This document shows, in pieces, positions 1 to 7,816 of a DNA stretch of 20,743 nt. Position 1 is the stretch's first letter; each line of letters opens with the position of its first letter. Made by a program: the position numbers and the translations under genes. The notes below the pieces were generated by a model that was given only the letters and a program-made list of their open reading frames with translations, did no database searches and was not told the DNA's origin. This stretch comes from Pseudobdellovibrionaceae bacterium (GTDB lineage: Bacteria; Bdellovibrionota; Bdellovibrionia; Bdellovibrionales; Bdellovibrionaceae), in contig JBIKLL010000048.1 in NCBI GenBank assembly GCA_044359815.1, positions 1-20,743 on the forward strand, in the 5' to 3' direction.

Positions 1-60
1 CACAAAAACGGCGAGACAGAAATTATTTTGATAGAAGAGGTCAATAAGCATGAGTACTAA
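1..60 (+). CDS. 3' end of a probable RelE/HigB-family toxin (truncated by window start)
   Basis: Frame 1 reads HKNGETEIILIEEVNKHEY*. The terminal 'IEEVNKHEY' strand resembles RelE/HigB C-termini, and the stop overlaps the start of the HTH gene by 11 nt (toxin-first arrangement). Confidence 0.6.
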   Translation, partial: HKNGETEIILIEEVNKHEY

Positions 61-376
61 GTACGGACTAAAAGAACTAGAAAAAGAATTTGGCACACTC
101 ACTTTTGGTCGGCTATTGCGTTCGCATCGTCTAGGTGAGGAAATGAGCCAAGTTCAAATGGCAAAACTTTTAAAAATGTCAAAACAAAGCCTAAACGACC
201 TTGAAAGCGGAAGGACATTACCTTCTATCGCAAGAGCTGCAGAAATCGCAAAAAAGATTGGCTTGATGGAGGCAACTCTAGTTGAGCTTGCGATCCAAGA
301 TCAGATTCACCGGGTAAAGCTCAATTTGCATGTCACGATTGAGGGATCCAAAGGTAAATCAAAGAAAGCATCGTAA
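50..376 (+). CDS. XRE/cro-type HTH protein, probable HigA-like antitoxin
   Basis: HTH_3-type signature SQVQMAKLLKMSKQSLNDLESGR; 108 aa; AGAGG RBS upstream; overlaps the preceding toxin-like ORF. Confidence 0.8.
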   Translation: MSTKYGLKELEKEFGTLTFGRLLRSHRLGEEMSQVQMAKLLKMSKQSLNDLESGRTLPSIARAAEIAKKIGLMEATLVELAIQDQIHRVKLNLHVTIEGSKGKSKKAS

Positions 377-463
377 AAATCAAAACACAAAAGATTGTCC
401 TTTAGATGAAGGCCAGATAACCAACGGCAAAGGATTTGGGTGGCGAGATGCATCCAACTGCGC

Positions 464-832
464 TCAAATTTTAAAACTACACTGTAATCGAAAAGCTGGG
501 GTTGTGACCAAGGACTGAAAATCGAAGCCCTGATTTGGACAAACCGATGACGAACCAAAGAGAAGAACGCGAAAATCCGGCTCTTTTCGATTAAAATTTA
601 TGCTAATAGAGCCACAGGTCTTTGCAGGCTTATAGTCAACATCTAGAGAAAACTGCTCCTTAGCGACTCTAAAAGTTTCTTTCAAACTGATCGTACCGTT
701 TGTCGTTGCTTGACCATTAAATACTGAAGTCTGTTCGGTGCCATCTGTCACCAAAACTGTTGCGCGACAAACCAGAGAACTGGCGTAAGTTGAATTTGCG
801 ATTAATAGAATAATGAAAACGACACTTTTCAT
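464..832 (-). CDS. Hypothetical secreted protein (beta-rich, 4 Cys)
   Basis: Signal peptide MKSVVFIILLIANSTYA; RBS GGGGGTG 5 nt upstream on the minus strand. Confidence 0.7.
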   Translation of the reverse strand: MKSVVFIILLIANSTYASSLVCRATVLVTDGTEQTSVFNGQATTNGTISLKETFRVAKEQFSLDVDYKPAKTCGSISINFNRKEPDFRVLLFGSSSVCPNQGFDFQSLVTTPAFRLQCSFKI

Positions 833-995
833 ATTTCACCCCCTTAATAAAAACATTAAAACAATAGCCCTCGATAGGAACTGAGTCATCAGCCAAATCC
901 TTTAGACCGCAGCAAAACCACTTTTCCTAACAATCCAAATGATTCATATACACCAAGTGTTCAGCAATTCAGACATTAGTGATTTGCAAGTAACT

Positions 996-1339
996 GATTG
1001 GACAAAGGGGACTCGGTCTTCTCGCTGCGTTCGCTTCACGCTCACTGCGCTGCCAGAGCCGGCATCGATCGCTTAAAAATGCATCCAGCATTTTCAGCTT
1101 GCGCCAAACGCTCCTGGGCGCATCACAACGAACATGACATTTAGTCATGTTCGCCGTTTGCACAGTCGCGTCCACCGCAAGCCGCGATCTCTATTCTCGT
1201 CCCGTCTAACCCGGTAAATCTTTTTTACCCCCTAGTTTCCCCACACTTCAAAAACGAGTTCGGAGCGCAAGCGCGAAGCGCTGAGCACCGCTGTCTGAGG
1301 CTTTTGATGTGTGGGGAAACTAGGGGGTAAAAAAGATTT
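996..1339. repeat. Nested palindromic element at the tRNA-Asp 3' flank
   Basis: Perfect 31-bp inverted repeat 1216-1246 / 1309-1339, plus 6 more bp after one mismatch. Perfect 10-bp hairpin 1129-1153 and 7-bp hairpin 1076-1094. Degenerate tRNA 3'-end copies at 996-1015 (direct) and 1194-1215 (inverted). Confidence 0.9.
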
Positions 1340-1415
1340 GGCGGGGTGGACGGGACTCGAACCCGCGGCCTTCCGCGTGACAGGCGGACGTTATAACCAA
1401 CTTAACTACCACCCC
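1339..1415 (-). tRNA. tRNA-Asp (GTC), CCA encoded
   Basis: Reverse complement folds as GGGGTGG-TA-GTTA-AGTTGGTTA-TAAC-G-TCCGC-CT[GTC]AC-GCGGA-AGGCC-GCGGG-TTCGAGT-CCCGT-CCACCCC-G-CCA; 77 nt; G discriminator. Confidence 0.98.
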
Positions 1416-1443
1416 GCTGGTGGTCTTAAAAATATAAGCATTA

Positions 1444-1473
1444 CTTATATAAATTTTTAACCTCAAAAATCAA
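1444..1473 (-). promoter_or_regulatory. Possible sigma70 promoter for tRNA-Asp
   Basis: Minus strand reads TTGATT-N18-TATAAG, ending 28 nt before the tRNA 5' end. The AT-rich context makes a chance match plausible. Confidence 0.35.
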
Positions 1474-1725
1474 CAATTTCCTTCCTGCCTACCATGACAA
1501 TCATCAATGACCTGCTTTCAGAATAGGCATTTTAAGTTTTTTACCACGAATTCTGCTATCCAATGTTTTGACAGATACTATTTTCACCGACTTAAGGTGC
1601 TGATAATCTGACCTTATCTGGGGGCCAAAAACGTCACCCCAGGCCCGGGCAAAATCCTCAAGCTACAGTCTGTAACCAGTGGTATATTCAATCGAATACT
1701 TGGTTACCCTTATAAGGAGGATTCA

Positions 1726-2106
1726 GTGAAACTTTCTATCAAAAATTTCTGCATACTGGCGATTGCCACGTTGATTTCAGCTCAATCATTTGCGGGATTA
1801 AACAATGTGACCTTGGGTAAGCTTGAAACCAATATGCCCGAAGACGTTGCCCTGGATGTCGAATACGGGATCACTGAAGCCGGTGCTAACTCATTTTTAA
1901 AAGGCCGCGATGCCGAAGTTTCAAGCCTGATGTTTGATTATTTAAACAACCAATTAACTGTGACAATGATTTTCAATGGCAACCTGGAATCAGAGTGCAC
2001 AATTGATAATATTAACAGCCCACAAAGCATTATGGACAAAATGGGCATCAGATACGATGTGGCCCAAGCCCTAGAAACCTGCTTTACCGAACACAAAAGG
2101 AATTAG
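1726..2106 (+). CDS. Hypothetical secreted protein (paralog 1 of tandem pair)
   Basis: GTG start with AAGGAGG RBS; signal peptide ending SFA; C-x27-C near the C-terminus. Confidence 0.8.
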   Translation: MKLSIKNFCILAIATLISAQSFAGLNNVTLGKLETNMPEDVALDVEYGITEAGANSFLKGRDAEVSSLMFDYLNNQLTVTMIFNGNLESECTIDNINSPQSIMDKMGIRYDVAQALETCFTEHKRN

Positions 2107-2111
2107 ATCAG

Positions 2112-2495
2112 ATGTTGGCTTTATTTTTTACCTTATTAATCAGTCAAACCACCCTAGCGGATGGCACTGACTATTTATCCGAGGTTCAATCACAGCCAAT
2201 CCTTTCAAATCTGAGCGTTTCTGAAACCGCCGAAATTGCTATTCGCATTTACGAACTGGGTTACGATTCCTTTATGGCTGATCGTTCTGGCGAAATCCTT
2301 GAAATCAGCATCAACAACGCAAAAAGCACATTCACTGTCGTGTTAGCTCTGTCGGCTTCAACTGAAGGCAAAGATGACCCATTGACTGTCGAATGCGAAA
2401 TCCCAAAAGTTAACACTGTCAAAGACGTTTTGGACACCTATGGCTTCCAACCCTTTGTTGAAAGCCGATTGCTTCACTGCCTAATTAACAACTAA
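2112..2495 (+). CDS. Hypothetical secreted protein (paralog 2 of tandem pair)
   Basis: Starts 5 nt after the previous stop; signal peptide ending TLA; aligns by eye with 1726..2106, including C-x27-C. Confidence 0.8.
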   Translation: MLALFFTLLISQTTLADGTDYLSEVQSQPILSNLSVSETAEIAIRIYELGYDSFMADRSGEILEISINNAKSTFTVVLALSASTEGKDDPLTVECEIPKVNTVKDVLDTYGFQPFVESRLLHCLINN

Positions 2496-2606
2496 GCTCA
2501 TAACAAAATTTCTAACTAAGCTCCCAACCAATTGGCCATCTGCATCTTTGATCAAATGCACTAAATCAATGGACTTCAGATCAGATTTACTTTTATCTTA
2601 GTCCTG

Positions 2607-3677
2607 ATGGATTTAATCAAAATGGCCCAAACATATTTTCCGGCGCTTACAGAAAAATCCGTGTACGGATACGAACTCCTCAGATCATTTACTTTTTTAG
2701 GGCAATCCCTATCCCTGCCACTGTTTGAGCTGTTATTTATTGGCAAAACAGAGCGACCGTTGAACAAGGAAGCCTTTGCGAAACTTAGAATCGTCTATGC
2801 CGATCTGTTAAAGCTTCTGCAAAAAGATTCTGCCAATATCGCAAACGGCATTTATCCAGCTGATGTTCTGATACCTGAATCCCCTCAGACATTTTTTTTA
2901 CGCTACCCACGCATAATCATGGATGGGATCCAAGTATCCAAGCGCCGTCTTTCCAAAACCGCCCACGATTTTGAAACCGAAGCTCAGCAGTATTTTGCCG
3001 ATGTGCCTGATTATTTTCAGCGTAATTTTCATTACCAAAGCGGTGGATACCTGACCGAAAAAAGCGCCGAACTGTATGAGCATCAGGTTGAAATCCTGTT
3101 TGCTGGTGCCGCCGATGCCATGCGCAGGTTGATATTGGCACCCATGAAAGAGCATTTTTCAAATACTCCGCAGGAATCTCTGCATTTTCTTGAGCTTGCC
3201 GCAGGCACGGGCCGACTGAGTCGGTTTGTTAAATTAACATTTCCGAAAGCCAAAATAACAGTTTTGGATTTAAGCCATCCTTATCTGAAAAAAGCCCAAA
3301 AAAACTTGGAAGGTTTTAATAAAATTAATTTTGTTCAGGGCGATGCCGCCAATCTGCCCTTCAAAGACAATCAATTTGATTGTGTGTATTCTTGTTTTTT
3401 ATTTCACGAATTGCCAATGCCTGTGCGCAAACAAGTTATTTCAGAAGGCCTACGAGTTTTAAAAACTGATGGTTTTTACGGACTGGTCGATTCAATCCAG
3501 CAATCTGACAAAAAAGATCTGACTTGGGCGCTAGAGGATTTTCCAAAATCCTTTCACGAACCTTTTTACAAAAACTATTTAATAAACCCCATGGAAGGCT
3601 TGCTGGAAGCCGCAGGATTTAAAAACCTTCAGCGGGACACAGGCTTTTTATCCAAAGTCGTCACCGGCATCAAATAA
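2607..3677 (+). CDS. Class I SAM-dependent methyltransferase
   Basis: Motif I LELAAGTG, acidic residue in VLDLS, QGDAANLPF, FDCVYSCFLFHE. Confidence 0.9.
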   Translation: MDLIKMAQTYFPALTEKSVYGYELLRSFTFLGQSLSLPLFELLFIGKTERPLNKEAFAKLRIVYADLLKLLQKDSANIANGIYPADVLIPESPQTFFLRYPRIIMDGIQVSKRRLSKTAHDFETEAQQYFADVPDYFQRNFHYQSGGYLTEKSAELYEHQVEILFAGAADAMRRLILAPMKEHFSNTPQESLHFLELAAGTGRLSRFVKLTFPKAKITVLDLSHPYLKKAQKNLEGFNKINFVQGDAANLPFKDNQFDCVYSCFLFHELPMPVRKQVISEGLRVLKTDGFYGLVDSIQQSDKKDLTWALEDFPKSFHEPFYKNYLINPMEGLLEAAGFKNLQRDTGFLSKVVTGIK

Positions 3678-3778
3678 GAATAGAATAAGAATAGTTTTCA
3701 ATTAAGAACATTTAAGATGAACGAAAAGGGTTCATTTATTATCCCTAGCACAGGATATCAAACCATAGGGGGATTTTT

Positions 3779-4240
3779 ATGAAACTAGTTATTTTTGCTA
3801 CTGCTGCATTTGCTTTTCTCTTCTCTGCAAGCCTTGCCCAGGCGGAATCTGCAAAATCCAAGTACCTTACATTTTTATGTGGATCTGAGTCTAATATCGA
3901 GGCTGCATTAGATCAGCGAGATTCTTCAATCGCAGATCTAGCAATCGGGCTGCATTCAGAAAGCCATCTTGAATTCAGCAAACAGATTTATTTGTTAACT
4001 ATTGATGGTTACCGTATTTCTGAGCGTATCAATCATTCAAGCTATGATACTGAAGATGGCTTAAGAATTATTTTAAAAGATCAATCCTCTTACCACATAG
4101 CAGATTTAAGCGATTGCATGAAATCCTACTCAAATGGAAGAGCATCAGTGGTTTACAAACAGGTAAATGGCCTTGGCAGTAAATCCGAAAAGGCGCCCTG
4201 TCTTTGTGTCAGATCCCTAAAGTTTCATTCAGGCAAATAG
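3779..4240 (+). CDS. Hypothetical secreted protein
   Basis: GGGGGA RBS; signal peptide ending AQA; 4 Cys in the mature part. Confidence 0.75.
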   Translation: MKLVIFATAAFAFLFSASLAQAESAKSKYLTFLCGSESNIEAALDQRDSSIADLAIGLHSESHLEFSKQIYLLTIDGYRISERINHSSYDTEDGLRIILKDQSSYHIADLSDCMKSYSNGRASVVYKQVNGLGSKSEKAPCLCVRSLKFHSGK

Positions 4241-4277
4241 TCGTGATAGGATTCAGTCATTGCAGGAGTGTTCAGTA

Positions 4278-5483
4278 ATGAATAGAATCTTGTCCGCGAG
4301 AAATAAATTAGGATCCGTTGTATTCATAGGTATTTTTTTATTTAGTTCGCTGACTGCATTTGGACGAATTCAGTGTGAAAATGTTTTCCCTTTGCTGGAC
4401 GTAGGCAGGGATATCATAGATTCACCGAATGAGTTTAGAAACTTGCTTGTGGATGCACTTAATAAACATAAAAAGAAATCTTCCAATAAAGCTGCTGCCT
4501 TTGTTTTGCCCCAAGTGTTACAGGCTTCTGCACGAGCAACAATTGATCGGATTTATTCTAATTTAGTAAATTTAAAAGAGACTCTGACAGATTCCGATAT
4601 CGAAAAATTTCTTAATCTCGTAGAAGGTCCCATTCCGACAATGCAGCAAATTAGAAAAGATCTAAAAAGCGATATCGTTTTTATCAATTCGATCATCCAA
4701 AAAAACCAACCAATTACCTACGAAGAATTGTATCTTAGCTCTGAGGCTCATGCTTTTTTAATGCAACTAAGAACGTCAAATAGAAAAGCAAAAACAGACG
4801 GCGGGCTAATTTCGGTGAACTGGGAACGAAGGAAAGAGGGATACTTTCAACTCATAAGATACAATGAGCTTTTAAATAGAAGAGTCCCAGGTTTTTATAT
4901 CCCTAGTTTTGCCGAATTTTCTGTTTTTGATATCAATCAATCTTTTTCAAGAGGCCTTTTTGTTTTAGGCCTCACTGAACAGGTTGCAAGAGTAGATGGA
5001 CAGACGAAGAATAGCTGGAACTATTTTATTCATGATTTGAATCATGTCGCAGTTTTATATAGTGAACCAATGTTTTCGTCAGATTCAGGCCGTAAAAAGG
5101 TTTTAGATATTTCGTTGAAAAAAGAAAAAATATTTCTTGATTCACTATTTAGTGAGATTAATTCCGTTAAGGACGAAAACTTGAAAGTACTATTTAATGT
5201 CATACTCTTTGAAATCAGTCATGAGAGAGGCATCCCCCTACATAAGGATAACCTTTACGAGTATCTTGCAGGTAAAGAAAAAGGCAGTGCTGTTTCAAAC
5301 ATCCAAGAATTGATTTCAGCGAGGTGGTTTTTAGAACCAAAAATAAGAGAACGACTAGCCGCACTCATATTATATCGAGGGAAAAAAGGATGGGTTGATC
5401 CATTCAATAACCCAGATGCTGATGCTTATTTAAACAAAGCATTTAAAAAACTTCTAGATATTGTTGAATCTATTAGCCCATAA
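4278..5483 (+). CDS. Hypothetical secreted protein, possible metal-binding enzyme
   Basis: Long ORF. ATG 4278 has an AGGAG RBS and is preferred over TTG 4260. Signal-like N-terminus followed by CENVF; HDxxH and FEISHE motifs. Confidence 0.75.
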   Translation: MNRILSARNKLGSVVFIGIFLFSSLTAFGRIQCENVFPLLDVGRDIIDSPNEFRNLLVDALNKHKKKSSNKAAAFVLPQVLQASARATIDRIYSNLVNLKETLTDSDIEKFLNLVEGPIPTMQQIRKDLKSDIVFINSIIQKNQPITYEELYLSSEAHAFLMQLRTSNRKAKTDGGLISVNWERRKEGYFQLIRYNELLNRRVPGFYIPSFAEFSVFDINQSFSRGLFVLGLTEQVARVDGQTKNSWNYFIHDLNHVAVLYSEPMFSSDSGRKKVLDISLKKEKIFLDSLFSEINSVKDENLKVLFNVILFEISHERGIPLHKDNLYEYLAGKEKGSAVSNIQELISARWFLEPKIRERLAALILYRGKKGWVDPFNNPDADAYLNKAFKKLLDIVESISP

Positions 5484-5533
5484 TCAATAAAAAATGGCCC
5501 TAAATGCAGATAAGAACAGGTCCGTGCTAAGCC

Positions 5534-6322
5534 CTAAAGGTTTTTAAAATCCCAAAGGCTTTGATCCATCATTTGTGATTGATGGATATTTCCCAAAGCA
5601 CCCAGCATTGAAAATTTAATATCAGGAATGTCCTTAGAAAGCTTTGTTAACAATGCTTTCACCTGCTGACGCTTCATCCCGTCCTGTGAACCACACAGAT
5701 TGCATGGGATCACTGGGAACTGCCACTGTGACAACAGCTCCTTGATTTCGTCTTCAAATACCAAACACAGGGGCCTGATCACCACATTGCGCCCATCGTC
5801 TGATTTCAGCTTTGGTGGCATGGATGCCGTTTTGCCTGTAAAAAACTGATTCATCATCAGTGTTTCAATCATATCATCGGCGTGATGACCCAAGGCCATT
5901 TTGTTAAAGCCATTGTTAGCCGCATAATCATATAAAATCCCTCGGCGCAGTCTTGAACACAGCGAACAATAAACACCGTCTGTGACTTTTTCTTTCACGA
6001 TTGAATAAGTATCTTTTGATAAAATCGTCAGCTTCACACCCAGCGACTGCACCCAGTTCTGAAAATCCCTGGGATCAAATCCCGGATGCCCCTGATCAAG
6101 CATCACGGCCTCAAGCTCATAATTATAGGGAGCTCTTTTTTGAATCTCGGTCAAAAGAGCCAATAAAATGCTAGAGTCTTTGCCGCCCGAACAACAAACA
6201 ACCACTCTGTCGCCTTCGCTGATTAAATTAAATTTCGCTATGGCTTCCACAATTTTTTTGCGGATTTTTATGGCCACATTGGTTTCAGTCAGAACTTCTG
6301 CTTTTGATCTTACCAGTTCCAT
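5534..6322 (-). CDS. ttcA: tRNA 2-thiocytidine(32) synthetase
   Basis: PP-loop SGGKDS; two CxxC motifs (CSLCSRLRRG, PCNLCGSQ); LGHHADD; MPPKL. Confidence 0.93.
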   Translation of the reverse strand: MELVRSKAEVLTETNVAIKIRKKIVEAIAKFNLISEGDRVVVCCSGGKDSSILLALLTEIQKRAPYNYELEAVMLDQGHPGFDPRDFQNWVQSLGVKLTILSKDTYSIVKEKVTDGVYCSLCSRLRRGILYDYAANNGFNKMALGHHADDMIETLMMNQFFTGKTASMPPKLKSDDGRNVVIRPLCLVFEDEIKELLSQWQFPVIPCNLCGSQDGMKRQQVKALLTKLSKDIPDIKFSMLGALGNIHQSQMMDQSLWDFKNL

Positions 6323-6744
6323 TAAATTTCCTCTTTGATATAGGCCGTGACTTTAAATTCGACGTGTATGGGGGTTGGCAATGCCACCACCTGCACGGTT
6401 GTTCGAGTGGCCATGATGTCTTTAAAATATTTCTCGTAGACTTTATTAAAAGCTGCAAAATCGTTTTTCATATCGGTTAAAAATACTTGCACATCAACTA
6501 TGTGATTTAAACCGTATCCAGCTTCAGCTAAAATATTTTTAACATTTTCAATCACGCTTTCAGTTTCAACCGTCACATCATAACTGATCACCTGCCCCTG
6601 ATCATTAATCTGAACCCCGGGTATTTGTGTTGTGTTTGGTTTTCTGGGACCGACACCGGATAAAAACATAAAATCACCAGCGATCCTGGCATGGGGATAA
6701 GCCCCCACAGGTTTTGGTGCTTTAACCGAATTGATCGAAATCAT
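6322..6744 (-). CDS. RidA/YjgF family protein, probable 2-aminomuconate deaminase (AmnD-like)
   Basis: PVGAYPHA, FLSGVGPR, conserved Arg in ATRTTV, LPTPIHVE; operon context with AmnABC-like genes. Confidence 0.85.
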   Translation of the reverse strand: MISINSVKAPKPVGAYPHARIAGDFMFLSGVGPRKPNTTQIPGVQINDQGQVISYDVTVETESVIENVKNILAEAGYGLNHIVDVQVFLTDMKNDFAAFNKVYEKYFKDIMATRTTVQVVALPTPIHVEFKVTAYIKEEI

Positions 6745-7816
6745 TTTGATTCTCCTTCAGCATATACCATCTGTCATGGTCTGGATCCCAGTCGTCCCAG
6801 GATTTGATTTTTCCCAGATCATTTAAATACTTTGCTGGAACGATTCCTGGAACCAAAAAAGCTTTTTGCCGTCTGAGCGGGTAAGGATTTCTAAGCTCAA
6901 AACCCAAAACTCCTAAAATCCCGCGGGCCACATACCATGTAGCCTGAGGATTCCAACCGTGAGCAATTTTAATCACCACACCTAATCCGTCTTTGTAATC
7001 AGGGTGATCAATGGCAAGCCCCAACAAACCGTCAGCGCCTTCTTTGGCAATCACCCTGCCCTGGCAAGATTTCATCACAGTGGTGTCCAGTCTGTTAAAT
7101 CCGCCAACCAAATCAGGATGTTTGATCATGCTTTCCCAAATCCAATCCTTGTCCTTGTCCCTGGCAATCCCCGCATAGCAAAGGGCTAATTCATTCACTG
7201 TCATCGACAATGTTGGCAGCCCATCACCATCACGGGCAATTCTGAGCGGCTTCCAATCAGACCCCAAATATTTCTGCACAATTTTTAAATAATTTTTGTA
7301 AACTTCATGATTGGGCATTGTGTAGCCTGTTCTGGACCAACCCAACAACCGACAGCCCAACAATATCGCTGCATGATGACCGCTAGAATTATTGTACCAA
7401 CGACGTGGCCGCCTGACCTGCCTGCCAAACTGCACCAGTGGTAAATCCAGCGGTGTCTGCATTAATCCCCATTCGCTTTCGTTCAATAAACTCTGCGCAG
7501 CTTCGATGTGTTCAGCAGATCCATTGTGCGAACTAACTGATATCGCTTTTTGCTTCCAGTCTGTTTGATCTTTTAAAACTTCAGCAAAAACTTTCATGTA
7601 CAAAAGCTTCAGCATACTGCGGCCATAGCACAAAACATTTCCACCAAACGAATGTATCAATTGGCTTCCGCTGTACCAGGCAATGGCTCCGTGAATGGTG
7701 TTTTCGCTCACACCATTTCGGCGGTAATCCACCAAGGGTTCCCATTCAACATCACGGCCGGTTGGGATGTTTGGCAATGTTTCGCCAAACACTGATTCAG
7801 GATAAATCCGGCTCAT
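6722..7816 (-). CDS. Class 3 (Rhizobium etli-type, asparaginase II family) asparaginase-fold hydrolase, non-canonical
   Basis: RRNGVSE..H.G N-terminal motif, RSxxK (RSMLK), SSHNG, NNSSGHH (cf. NCSGKH), DGDG (cf. DGC), AKEGADG. Confidence 0.8.
   Translation of the reverse strand: MSRIYPESVFGETLPNIPTGRDVEWEPLVDYRRNGVSENTIHGAIAWYSGSQLIHSFGGNVLCYGRSMLKLLYMKVFAEVLKDQTDWKQKAISVSSHNGSAEHIEAAQSLLNESEWGLMQTPLDLPLVQFGRQVRRPRRWYNNSSGHHAAILLGCRLLGWSRTGYTMPNHEVYKNYLKIVQKYLGSDWKPLRIARDGDGLPTLSMTVNELALCYAGIARDKDKDWIWESMIKHPDLVGGFNRLDTTVMKSCQGRVIAKEGADGLLGLAIDHPDYKDGLGVVIKIAHGWNPQATWYVARGILGVLGFELRNPYPLRRQKAFLVPGIVPAKYLNDLGKIKSWDDWDPDHDRWYMLKENQNDFDQFG

Noticed and set aside
307..558. ORFs 307..558 (-) and 330..518 (+)
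   Set aside because: They overlap better-supported genes and have no recognisable motifs.
969..1175. 68-aa minus-strand ORF
   Set aside because: It lies wholly on the GC-rich hairpin cassette, has no RBS and has an atypical composition, so it is likely a chance ORF.
2541..2560. Near-palindrome TGCATCTTTGATCAAATGCA upstream of the methyltransferase
   Set aside because: It could be an operator, but it is a single occurrence with no linked regulator.
3673..3735. 11-bp tandem duplication AATAAGAATAG x2 and a weak ATGAAC/GTTCAT hairpin
   Set aside because: Short and AT-rich; consistent with a slippage duplication, with no functional evidence.
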